This document shows, piece by piece, positions 1 through 17,500 of a stretch of 64,000 bases of DNA. A program made the translations under genes and the position numbers. How positions within the stretch are numbered: the stretch's first letter is position 1; the number at the start of each line of letters is the position of its first letter. Under the pieces are notes generated by a model. That model did no database searches, was not told where the DNA came from, and saw only the letters and a program-made list of their open reading frames with translations. The stretch covers positions 66,898,001 to 66,962,000 of the forward strand of contig CM060732.1 of assembly GCA_030704615.1 (NCBI GenBank), written 5' to 3'. Origin of the DNA: Takakia lepidozioides. Taxonomy: Eukaryota > Plantae > Bryophyta.

Positions 1-588
1 GATCTCCACATACAAGGAGAGAGACAAAAGGGGTGGGACAAAGTAGGGAACACCATCAAGAGAAACCTTTTTTAGGGTCTCTTTCCCAAAATCCCTTATG
101 CATGCTTGTGTGGTGGGGCAGCAGGCAATATGACAGAGTGCTGTAAGCTTGTGGTGTGGGTAGCAACAAAGTGCAGCCAACTTACAACCATGTCCCTCTT
201 CATCCTTCAGAATGTTCTTTCCCCTTGGTCCGTTATCTCCCTGCCTTCTGGTTTCCAGATTCACTAGCTTGACTACCTGTGATGGACAATTCATCACCAA
301 TTTTGCTAGCTCTGCAATTCATCCATTTCATTTCAAAATCATGACCAATCATCCTCCGCAACCTGGCTGCATAGTGGACATTGGCAGATGTGTCTACTAA
401 AATATTTCACTAGGATATCACAAATGAACACAACTGCAAGAGAATCACAGTGATAGAGGGTCACAAATGACACAGACATTACAGAGTGAGAAGGCACTAC
501 TGCCACATCTTTCTCAGCCAAAATAGCTATCAGGCCGCCAGCCCACGAGGGCATTGAAATATAGTTTCCCACTAACAAAAAAACAAAG

Positions 589-2281
589 TTACACTTTGAA
601 GCCCCTGCTATTACGGCGACCGCGAGCCTTCTCAAACTTCCGACCCTTATGGCGCACATAAGGCTTCGTGTGACTGTGAGGCACTCCTGGTGCTCTTCCA
701 AAGTGCTTCACTGCCTCCCGGGCATTCTTTGGCCCACGCAGCAACACCTGCACATTTGCATCTGACAACCTCAGAAATGGCATCTCGAAACCATTTTATA
801 AAATGATTACTAAGCAAAACCATTGCATGGAGATTTTGTCACCAATACTCTTTTGCTACAACTTTGCCAACAAACACTTAAGATTAGCAAACAAGGCCTC
901 TGATCTCCAAATCAATGTCCCTGCCATGTCATTCACTACCATTGACACCATGAACATTGAAGCCAACAGGCACTCATTTTGTAGGTCTGCGTGATTGCAG
1001 TGAACTAATGGATGCAACAACTTACAGTGTTGGCTCCAGTAGGTGCCCGCAGAGCAAGCTGGTCAAAAGTGAGTACTTCCCCACCAGCCTTCAAGATTCG
1101 AGCTCGTGCAGTCTCAGTAAAGCGGAGAGCAGCCACCTTCAATGCTGGCACCTCATACAGTCTTGTATCATCCGTCACAGTTCCAACAAGTACTGCAATT
1201 TGGCCTTCCTGAGAACATATGACAAATGTTCGTTCAGACAGCAGACGCAACGAGCTAGAAAGACCATAAGACTCCCCACATTAGGATCTGCCTATCTAAC
1301 CCACCTAGAGGTCACAAAATGTGCATAGGCTCATGACATTTAGCCGCTCCCTGGGCCGAAATGTAAGCGAGTCGTCTGGATGGGTTGATAAAGCAGAGCC
1401 AGTGGTAGTCTCTGCAGTGGGGAACATGCTACACCTACTGTCAATATGGGGATGGGTCTACTTGTCAATGTGAGCAGGCGTTAAGGAGATTGAGGTAGAG
1501 AGGCTAATGCAACGTATGGTTTCTGGGTCAGGCATACAAATAAAAGTACAGTTGGAAAGATGTTTGAGGGAGATTGCAGGGTGAAATTGAGGAATGGATG
1601 ATACTTTCTTTGATTGGAGCCAGTGATAGTAGTGAAGTCCTGTGCTGGAATTTAGTTAAGACACGAGTACCATTGCAAACGAGAATGCACTCACTCTAAT
1701 AAACATACCTTCCCCTTCATGTATCTGACAAGGCGAGACAGTGAGAGAGGAGGTCGGTTGGTTCTGCTCATGAACAGGCGCTTCAAGACAACCCCATTAA
1801 ATGGACTTTCGGTCCTTCTGACGAGAAAACGGTACAGCTGCATCCCGATGACATCCCCACGACAGTCGGCATGACCATCAAATATGAGAGATTTTAACTT
1901 GACACTGACACAAATGGAACCTAAACTCCAGGCAACCTAATCACCTGGCAAGCTGTTCTTTACAGAATTACAAACAGTCGAGGGTCGTTGGAATCCAACC
2001 TCGAGATGGAAACACTATTAGTAGTTTCAGACAAAATATTGAGAGACATCTTAATAAAAGGCACATTCCAGGAGCATACCTTCACCAGGAGCTTGAGATA
2101 CACATTCTCGCTCTTAGGAGCTGTGCGCTTGGTCTTTTTATTGCGACCTCCTGCCTTCAAGTCGATACCCTGCGAGAACAGCAACGCTCACCAGTCAAAA
2201 AAGAATATGTGTGGAAACAATCAAACATTCCATACGTTTCTGCCCTTTGGCCACTCGTGCATGCCACAAAAGACTTACCAT
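589..2281 (-). CDS. RPL18: 60S ribosomal protein L18 (eL18), 5 coding exons: 2281-2279 (ATG only), 2169-2080, 1837-1709, 1208-1026, 747-589; 187 aa
   Basis: Spliced translation [40 protein letters not shown]...[13 protein letters not shown] matches plant eL18. All introns are GT-AG and the exons total 564 nt. Confidence 0.97.
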
Positions 2282-2767
2282 CGCTGCAGAAGCTCCAACC
2301 GCGCACCAGCTCCCAGCTACGAGAAGAGAGAGTGAGGATCCAGCGCCAGGCCCTTGTTACCCTAGCCGGCTCCAAACCCTAGTTACCCAGCACACCGTCC
2401 GATGGAGGTGCCTCACTACCGTCCGATCCTCGGCACTATGTCCCCGATCTGGGGACATAGTACCGACGCCCGAGGCCCGGCGACCCGGCGACCCGTCCGC
2501 AAGATTCTCACGCACTGCACCTCCCGGGGAAAAACCCGGGTTGGCCCGCCAGTCGTTTTGGTAGATGGGGCCCTGGGAAATGGCGGGTGAGAACCCTCGT
2601 TTAGGGCCCTGCAGGAGAGCTCCAGGGTTTTGGAAGAACTGGAGGAAGGAGAGAGAGATTGAGGAATGTGAAGGGAAGCGATAGATCTTAGAGAAGCGAT
2701 AGAGAGGGAAGAAGAAGGGATAGCAGATCATCAAATGCAGAGTGGAGTGAGGTAGAGAGGTGGAGGG
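2282..2767. promoter_or_regulatory. Shared divergent promoter/5'UTR region of RPL18 and SnRK1 alpha; telo-box AAACCCTA at 2374-2381
   Basis: 486 bp between opposite ATGs; GC-rich; contains a telo-box, several GGCCC (site II-like) cores and a GA-rich leader toward SnRK1. Confidence 0.65.
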
Positions 2768-8547
<5,780 letters not shown>

Positions 8548-9804
8548 CTACACTCCATCAGGGATGTTGCGAAATTGTGTTGGGGTCCGTTTTGAGTTGT
8601 AAATTGCCAAGATGAAGTCTTACCTTTGCCCAAAGCCTTTCATTCCTTTGCAAAGTCTTCTGAAGTCCTAGGAGTCCCGTGTAGTTTCTGCTGTGTTGGT
8701 GCGAGTGACCAGTGGGACTCGCCATGTATAGTAGGCAAGGTGTATACACCAAATAGTCGTGGAAGCAACTGCAATCTGTGGAGCAAACCATTCTTTCAGT
8801 TTGCATACTCTGAAGAAGGGCCATTAGTAAGTTGTACACGGTATCCCACTCCTTGTTGCATACGTTGTTCGGGATAGACAAAAACAGAAGCTCAGTTGCT
8901 TGTGACTGATATTGCTTAAGGCATCCCATGTATCTTGTACTGCCTTGAGATGGCTCAGATTCTACCAAGCCTTATAATCTCTACTTAGGGTTTAAGAGCC
9001 GCCGCATCAAGGTTAGCCTGTTTAGACTGCTTCTCGTCAAGTAAGGTTTAATGAGAGTTATGGTCAGTCGGCAGGCTCATAATGCCCTTTGAATATTGGG
9101 CTCTTTGTAAAGTAGAGACTACCCATTCAGTGAAGTAACTATGTGGAGGTGAATGACACATTTGTTTTTGAAATCACTCAAATGTTTCTATTTCTCTGTT
9201 GTTATGCCACCGTGTGGTGCATTATATCAGCACTGTCACTTGAATGTGAGACATGCTAGCAGTGAGCCAGATTGACTCATGCCATTACTCGCTTTGATTA
9301 TCAAATCTGGTTTTGCCATGGATGCTTACATCCGTGTGTTACTCTTGTTTGAATATTCTTCCATGCAGCACTGGGGGCACAATCTGCAACCCTGAGCACG
9401 AGAAGAATGTGTGTTTGGCATCCTTGCAGGCTCCAACAAGATGGTGACAACACTGGCTCTCCCCATTTGGGAGCAAGGACTCCAAAAGCCCAGGCCAAAA
9501 CCTCAATTTTTACCTCATTCCTGTACTGAAGTGCTTGGCCCACAATCAGGGTCTTTCTGCTATTCTATACCTAGAGGTTCAGGGGGCTGGCAAGTGTGTA
9601 TGGGACAGCTGCCAGCAGCTGCCAAACACTGCCATTGTACAGCGCCCTAACACAGTCGTGCGATTGGTTCCTCCCACCATTTCCTTGACCTTCGAAAACC
9701 CTATTTACATTCTTGGGGTTCATAGAAAACGGAGTGCTTGGTTGCACCCCCATTTGCCTAACTTAGTGATGGTATACTACCAAGCATTTTTGTAAACTAT
9801 GCCA

Positions 9805-9965
9805 TCAATATATTAAGGAAGATTGTTTGTTTGTTTTGTTTGTCACATTGAGACCTCCCAAATCGCAAGGCCTCCCTCCGTCTGGGTTCTTAGTATTGTT
9901 GGAAAGCCCTCGATGAGTAAGGGGTGCATCGAGGTGGTTTCATAATTATTGGACCTACACTGTGG
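9805..9965 (+). mobile_element. Possible 5' end of a non-autonomous Helitron-like repeat
   Basis: A|TC start (TCAATATATTAAGG) followed by (TTTG)n; resembles repeats recalled from moss genomes. No certain 3' end. Confidence 0.3.
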
Positions 9966-10064
9966 CATGTGGCCGGGTTTGGCTTCAAAACATTACGACA
10001 TGATAGTGAGCAGATTCGATGAGAATTACTTTATGATGAAGAATTGACTATATTTTATTAACCA

Positions 10065-10257
10065 AGAAATGAGGTGATTACTTACATTCTCGACAAAAGT
10101 CATAATTTGCAAGGAAATTATGTGGTTATGCTTAGACAAGGTAGTGTCAAAGATTTGTGTGTGAAATACCATGGTGTTTGAGGAGTCAAAGATTTCCAGG
10201 GAATATCGGGTCAACTTACAAGGCAGATCTAAATATGATATAATAGAGAATCCCAAA
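10065..10257 (+). pseudogene. rps12: Mitochondrial rps12 fragment (NUMT), degenerate
   Basis: Translates RNEVITYILDKSHNLQGNYVVMLRQGSVKDLCVKYHGV*GVKDFQGISG then, after a frameshift, GRSKY...NPK. This aligns with mitochondrial S12 ([38 protein letters not shown]...GRSKYG). GVKD is the mitochondrial form; plastid S12 has GTLD. Confidence 0.85.
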
Positions 10258-10329
10258 AATTCTGTATGGATGTATGGACCTATTTGTCAAATTGTCGAAT
10301 TTTTGTTTTCAGGGCCTCATTGGTTTCAA

Positions 10330-10770
10330 CAATCAAGACTTTGACAATAGGGTTTTTATTGGGCGGTTGATGCTTCCGCTGAACAAGGAGTGAACACTCA
10401 AATAAAATTCAATTGGTCTACCAAACAAGGCTGAAGGCCCACCAGCATGTAAGATTTCGAACTGAAACGTGGCTAGTTCGAATTGGCTCCACCAAATATT
10501 TTATTGCAAGGGAGTCAAGATAGTTCCTAAGGATATTGTTGACTATTTGACTCTTGAAGCATTGGCCTATTGGCTTATGGATGATGGGAGACACGGGATT
10601 CCTTATTAATATAAATAGTTTTACTCAACCCCAAGTGGAAAAGGAAAATGCAGGAAGAATTCAGAGTTTCAGGAAGAAATATTCCAAATGGCTGCTCCAT
10701 ATCCCAATGAGTGAAATGGTGGATGGGAAAGAACCGATGGAGCTTCACATCATTCATCCACGAAGTCTAG
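10330..10770 (+). pseudogene. Two-motif LAGLIDADG homing endonuclease/maturase relic (LAGLIDADG_2, I-SceI-like), frameshifted
   Basis: Motif 1 IGFLLG/DASAEQGVNTQIKFNWSTK; then VRFRTETW, NWLHQIFYCKGVKIVPKDIVDYLTLEALAYWLMDDG (motif 2), GFLININSFTQPQVE and KWLLHIPMSEM...IIHP, in the expected order. Confidence 0.85.
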
Positions 10771-10897
10771 AATCGGTCTTTAGTTAGAAAGTAGAAAAGA
10801 CATGGTGAGGGGGAATTTAAGCAAATGAGTTTTCGGGGAGCTTCAGTCATTACAAGCTCAACTAGTGCAATACCGGAACACACTAGACATAGGATGC

Positions 10898-10985
10898 GAG
10901 TTGAATCGCGTGCCAACCTACTGGTACGGTGCGGGCCTAGGCGGAGCCGGGACGCCCTTGGCGGGCCCGCAAATCCCCACCCTAC
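10898..10985 (+). other. Degenerate group II intron domain V/VI-like 3' end (organellar origin)
   Basis: GAG...GTACGGT-like domain V arms, a GC-rich hairpin and a CCCCACCCTAC terminus (AY end), lying between two mitochondrial gene fragments. Confidence 0.45.
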
Positions 10986-11104
10986 CCTCGCTGTTATTGC
11001 CTGTATTATAGTACATACAAAACATAAAAATTCGAAGTGGTTGTAAAAAAGTGGCGGGTAGCTTGCTGGCTGGATGCATTGACAAATATCGTGGGGGCGG
11101 TTGG

Positions 11105-11320
11105 GTTCCTTTACCATTTACTAACTATTATAGTACATAGTTCAAGTTCCTGACCAATTCATCAAAAATTATTTCGGTTGCTTTTGGCAGATTTTAAGGT
11201 TGGACCAGATGTCAACCTGTAGAGGCACCATATGTTACTACTGGACAAATTGCTTCAGTTGGTTCTTCCTTCCATATCGCTATTACGCCCATTCTTGGCA
11301 AATATCCGCCCAGATTTGGC
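11105..11320 (+). pseudogene. cob: Mitochondrial cob (cytochrome b) 3' fragment (NUMT), unedited
   Basis: LPF...VHSSSS*PIHQKLFRLLLAD/GWTRCQPVEAPYVTTGQIASVGSSFHIAITPILGK aligns with the plant Cob C-terminus (VRSSSFRPIHQKLFWLLLAD...GWIGCQPVEAPYVTIGQIASV.FF.Y.AITPILGK). Confidence 0.92.
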
Positions 11321-11599
11321 TTATTCTACACCATATCTGAATACTACACAAGAGTAATCTATGCCTAGAAGTACATATCCCAACTATATTGCGTAAATTT
11401 ATTATACTAGTAATTTTTGTACCGGGCACACCTCCTGATTGTTTATTTGGTTCCGTTGGGCATCATCATTTGGACAGTTTCTGTTTACTGTTTCGATTAA
11501 AACTGATGATCTACCATTGCGAGATTTCCTCGACTTTGTTAAGTTGGTCATTTAGTGGATTTTCCTTATTTGGGCTTTATGGCTTACCTCAAAACTTGA

Positions 11600-12302
11600 A
11601 ATGGGTTAGATGATCTTTTACCATTTTCGGATCCCTCCAAGGTCAAATCCCCTCCGAATCCATTTCCGTTTCGGGCTTTTGGGTTTAAAAAAATCTGAAT
11701 AACTTTTTGCATTCTCCAAGGAATTGTGTGAAAAAAAAATATAGTGTTCTTGGGCACCTGGCACACCAAGATTCATTGCCCGATTGCCTCGGATCTGCCA
11801 AGTTGCAAAGAGGTCTCATCACGCAAGCAGGGGGGTCATGATTTGATAAAGGTAATTCTCGTTGTTTCATTCTTCACACGTGTGTGAGAGAGGGAGAGAA
11901 ACATGGGATTTTCCCAGGTTTGACCAAGTGGCAACATCACATGCATTGGCCAAATTGGATACTTTTTGGCTTGTTGGATGAGGGATCTCAAGGGGATGAA
12001 ACCCTGCTAATTTCACCTCAATCCCATTTGATCCAGTCACTCAAATCTTTAAAAAATTACCAAAAATGGATATGTTTCTCAAAAGGGCCCCAATAATGGG
12101 GCCCACATTCAACGGTGGCATTTTGTGGATCTGGGGCTGATTGGCCTCAAATTCGGCAGGTGGATGCAGGAGGAAGGTACGCACCTAATGTGCGGTCAAG
12201 TTCTTTAAAAAGTTAATTTTCTGAAAGTTACACCTTTTTTTCACTTAAGGGGTCATGTTTTCTGAAAAAGTCAAACTATGGCACAGGGCGTTTAAGGGTT
12301 AA
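11600..12302. mobile_element. Non-autonomous DNA transposon fragment ending GGG|TTAA (piggyBac-like terminus)
   Basis: Ends TGGCACAGGGCGTTTAAGGG-TTAA; TGGCAC recurs internally. The partner end was not found and the left boundary is approximate. Confidence 0.3.
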
Positions 12303-13149
12303 TTCGCCTCCACCCTTGTAATCCTCATTGGTAGTACGAGCTATCCCCAATCAAGATCATACTCTTGACAGCATAGTGTAAGCGCAAGATATTTGTATCG
12401 GTACAAAGACACTAAACAATCCGTTGTCTATTGTAAGACAACAAGGGTTGTCTGCATGATCAACAAGGTGTTTATTAATCCATGTCCCATGGGCCGACCA
12501 TCCATGTTTCTCATACACCAAATCCTTACATTTTTAAGATTTGATCAAATAGACCACAACTGCTACATTTTCTCAAATTTGGACACCTTGCAATTCCTAT
12601 ATGCTCAATACATGGGTAATTAACAAAAAGACATTTATAAAAAAAAAAAAAACTGGGAGCGACAGCCCACGAACAAAGACATATTATGCCCTAACTTATA
12701 CCCACATTTTGACCCACTTTATAGCCCATGGTGCGATACCTCCTTGGACAGTGTCTATGTCTAGTCATACAATTTGGCATTCGCATCACTTCAGAGAACC
12801 AAGCAATGTGACATCTACTTCATCAAAACCAAAAAAAAAAAACAAAACAATCTACACAAACTCTTATCATGGAATGCATCTTGAAACTTGAAATCCGTTG
12901 GTTCTATCTCGAGCATGCACTCAACAAACAACTGTTTGTGCATAACTAGGGTGATCCACTCTATCTTCAATGTGTCTTCAAGTGTCTATTCGCCCCTCCA
13001 TGGGCTATGCATTGAGCCGCTAGACGTTAGAAACATATTTTAATTTTTAACTCTCTTTAAACTCTAAACCCACTGCTCTTATTAATGTAAGTACACACTT
13101 AGGTAGATCCCCACGCCACACGATATTTTCACCATACAATTACATATTG

Positions 13150-13340
13150 TCACGATCAATACCTAGAGCATTCATTCTTTTCAATTTGCTGAAAGAAGAG
13201 GAACATGACACTGCACAACAAGAAGTGGGTATACTCTATGTTGTAAAGAACGGAGTACTAGAACAACTACAATTTTTTGTTGAAACGCCTCTAGTAGTCT
13301 TGGCCAACACCTTCAATTTGGAAGCCCTCATTGATGTTGA
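13150..13340 (-). pseudogene. Possible hAT transposase C-terminal dimerisation-domain relic
   Basis: Minus strand reads KLKVLAK...SIPTS...SFSKLKRM, resembling the P.SS..CER.FS motif, with stops and frameshifts. Confidence 0.3.
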
Positions 13341-14552
13341 CTTGGGAACAGTCAAAATAGAATAGACCGTTGTTCTGATGCTTAGAATGATGTAGTAAAG
13401 AAACAGCCTATCAGAGGGGGAATTATCTTTTTTCCTCTTCTTTACTACCTAAGCAATATGGCCATATAACAACATCATTAGCTTCAAAAAAAATCTTAGC
13501 AGTCATATTGGCATTAGTGCGAAAGCAAGAAATTATAGCAAACCAAACTGTTGTAGCCTCATTGCACATAAATGTCAAGTTCATCAAACAAATTAGAAGA
13601 ATCGAAGTTTGCATTATCTCAACAATGAAAACCTTGACATGCTGATGGATCTAAGTCAGCTTGCGCAAGGAAAATATCAGAGAATTTGTTCAAATGGTTA
13701 TGGATTTTATCGGCCGTCCCAGCCTTGATACGAGCTTTTGCAAACTGCATCACTGATTGATTGGGTACTAACCTCCAAAGATGGTTGGGGATAGTCAGAA
13801 AGCAAATCGTCAACTTAGAACCAGCCCTTCGGACGTCTCCTTGAGAAACTCACTCTTTAAGGAGTTGCCATTCATGCTTTCAAAGGGTTATCCAACAATT
13901 TGGGTACAGCGCCAAATTAGGAACATGATCACTCTCATCCCATCTCATCTGCAATGATCCAGCTGCCTTATACTAATGTACACGAAAGCCAGAAAGGATC
14001 CGGATTCACCTCTTTGACTGAATACTTTCATATCATCCTTTAACAAAACCTTGCTCGATTAAAAATTTCTTCCTGGGAGAAAGACTACCTACTTTCTGCC
14101 AACTTCCCATGTGCAAGGATGTCTTCAACAGTCTGTTCACTGTCAAATCTATCTATGATAAAACAGTGCGTATGACTGAACTCATGCCACAGCATGAGTC
14201 ACACCACCTTTGCCACAGCATTACTGAACTCGTGCGTTCAGCCTTATGGCCTGACAATGGTCTTATGATCTAAACAGCAGGCTATCTACAGGGGACTGGA
14301 TAAACTAGAGCACGGAGAATAATTATGAACAAGTAGTTACAAAGAGATTAGTTGTTCCCACCCAAAGTACAGGTTTAGGCTACCGAACAAAACAAACCAT
14401 TCAACATGTTTGAGGCTTTCATCCTTCCATTCACAACTGTGAGAACACCATTTCATGTAGCACGTTCCCCCTTTCACCACTTTCCTGCCTCCCCCAAAAC
14501 TGATCATTTGGAATTCTGGGCCAAACACCCAAAAACATGACACCAATGCACA

Positions 14553-17500
14553 TTACTGCTCTTCCTCCTCACTTTCATAATCCTCTTCGTCACCAAACGT
14601 AAAAACAGATGCATCTGCAGCACTAGCTGTTGCAATCGCTCTGAAGTCACTAGGGGCAACCGCAGCATTCAGTCTCGGACTGTCCTCTTCCCTGAAAGAC
14701 GCTCCGGCAATCTCTTTGTGACTACTTTCAAGCCCAACCACCCCTGCTCCAAATCGGCGTGACCCACTCTCACTGTCACCACCTTTTGAAATACTTCCAC
14801 CTTGGGATCCATCTACCTTCTCTGAGTGAAGCATCCCTCCATCACTCTCTGCCTCTTTTACCTGCTCATTCTCTGACACTCTAGCCTGCATCAAATTCCC
14901 TGTGCTTGGAGACTTCGATTCATCAGTCAATGGGTGTTCGATGGGACTTGCAAGGATGTTGGGATCCTTCTGAATTCCAAGGGGGCTGTTCCCTGCCTGT
15001 GCAAGGGCTTCTTTTGTTGCATCTCCGCTCTCAGAAGCATTTTTACTCCCGTGGGATTTGACTTCTGTGCCATCTTCATTCTCCCCTTCACTATCTGCTT
15101 TACAGAAAATTTGTAGTTTTAGGACACACTCTGCTGACATGGATATCCACTATGTATTCAACTACTCATGCAAACTCACTATGAAAACAGACGCTGACAC
15201 AAAATTGAACTGAAAGACCAAAACCACGGCAACTAATAAACAACACAAAGCCAAAATAATCTGAGAGTCAGGTCAGTGACCTGTAAAGACATTCTCTCTG
15301 TCTCTTCCATCCACAGCCATCTCCGTGGGAGGTGGTGATGACCCTATTGCCACCTGCTGCAGGGAACTCTCTTCGGGGAGAGAAGGCGCCGGAGCCTCTG
15401 ACCCAGTAGCTGATGACTGGGGAGCAGGAGCTTCAGTGGCGGGCTTAGATGGAACAGGGGCATCGTGGTCCAAGACCACCACTTCAACTTGAAAACCAGG
15501 GGCAGGGAGCCGCCTCTGCATACCAATATTGGACAGCCAAAATGTGAAAAAACATCCATTCTCGGTTTTCTTGGCTGCTTGTCCCTCTTCTCTGAAGTTT
15601 CAGCTTGCAACAATGCTCAGATGTCACTCATACATGGCTCACATTTCATGTTTGCACTTTGTTTAATCTATGAAGCTCATCTCTGTCTTCATGCCTCCAC
15701 TCAATATGAGGCCAGGTAAAATGATCATCAATGTAGCAAATCAAATGTGGTTCTCTGTCTAAGTTCCATACTGAGATTCATCACAAGGATTACATCCCAA
15801 GGGTCTGTGACTGCAAGACTATGTATATGTAATGGCAAAGCATGACATTGGTCAGTCCAATCTCTTCCCAGCTGGCTCAAACTGTGCTCTACAAGAAATA
15901 TGTAGGAGCAGAAACATTTGTCTGCTTAGGCAGTGGAGGGATTAGAACCTTGTCAAACCCATCAAGCTGAGCAGTACTGAGAATTTGTCTAGTCTCCATC
16001 ATGTTTGTGTTCAACCAACTGCCACACAACCACCACCAACTTATTAGTGTGACAAATGACATAACAAAAGGGCCAGTGTTGAATGAAAAGGACAGATTTC
16101 CTCTTCGCAACCACAAAACCACTGCAACTCAGCTTATATCACACTCCATATCTGTGCATCCTCAGACTATGCTGTCTGATAAAAAACATTGGATCTTCGT
16201 TAGGGATCCCGGGAAGATCAATGCTAGGATGTAAATGGTGTATTTTACTAGCACAGAAAGGGGAAGGCCGGAGAGAATTATAGAGGGAGGGAAAAAAAAG
16301 GGAGGGGTGTTCACCAGTAGAAGTCACCATGGCGATCGGCAAAGTGCACTTTGAAATCCCCATTTAGGTCCGCAACACAGCGCTCACCAGGCAGTGCAAA
16401 CACAACCACACCCTTTCTTGGAGCATTGAACCATATGTCCTCTGACTGTGCACACCAGCAAGTTTTACTGAGCTGGAAGATTTCCTAATGGACAGCAATT
16501 CTCCCACAACACTCTAGTATCTTTTGTACAATATCGAAGATCACTAGTTCCAAGTCCTCAAAGATAAGGTCCTCAGACATATACACATTGATGACAGCTT
16601 TCATTAGGTGGCCCAGTGATGATGTCAATGTGGTGACATTGGAGATTGATCAGGATGCAAGTCTACATTGGGGGCTATGAGGGCACAGTGCATTGTCCAC
16701 ATAGCTTCAGGTGGGTGGGGATTGCCTGCCAAATGTGTACGTAGAATTTAGAGTAAGCCCTAGGTAACACTTACAGTGCAGGTGGCAATCAGTAACAAGG
16801 CAATGGGGCACCAAATTATCCTGGCTTCAGCTGACTCACTCATTTCATGTCCCTTTCTTACAAAAACAAAGTACTGAACGACTAGCCTCGTACCATCAGG
16901 TCCTTCGTTCGTGGATGTTTCTTACTTGAGAACAAAACACCTGCTCCACGCCAAAATCTATCTTTGTCAACTTGAACCAGCCATTGGACTCTCCTGTACA
17001 GTAATCCTTCTGTTTCATCTTGTATTTCCCTTTAATAAGAATCTCAGGGTGACCTTCAGTCTCTTTCTTGTTTCTCTTACTTTGCACCCTTGTCTTCTTG
17101 TCTGTCTCTATCAAACCATAAGATCCACCTCTCTTTCTCCAGCTCTTTGGTCGCTACAGGATGATTGGCAATGCAATGACAGCCACCATGTCCATTTAGA
17201 AGGCAACAATAGCAGTGCTGAAAGCACACCATGGTTTAGGGTTCAGGGATGGTCTGCAGCTGGATTGCTCTTAGCTAAGTATGAGCACTACGGCAAGTTC
17301 AGGCTGAGTGTACAGACTGATAGGTTGAATACCCACAACCGCCCCCAAGAACAGGCATTTTGGGTGTACATCATAGTTCATAACCACAGAGAATGATCAC
17401 GCAATAACACCTCATCTGTCTCTCTTCCTCTCTCCTGGCACATCCACAATTGACTATAAACATACATCTGAACATGAGCCTACAGTGAACTTTGATATGA

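Noticed and set aside
9371-9753. MITE bounded by GGGGGCACAA / TTGCACCCCC
   Set aside because: Inverted match is only about 8/10 and there is no clear target-site duplication.
10264-10312. Spliceosomal intron fusing rps12 and LAGLIDADG fragments into a new gene
   Set aside because: GT...TTTTCAG is present but only about 49 nt long, and both flanks carry stops and frameshifts.
9805-10865. Helitron (A|TC ... GAGCTT/AAGCTC hairpin, CTAG|T) that captured the rps12 and LAGLIDADG fragments
   Set aside because: The hairpin is only 2 nt from CTAG, and mitochondrial sequence continues beyond 10865 in the same orientation, so the 3' end is probably chance.
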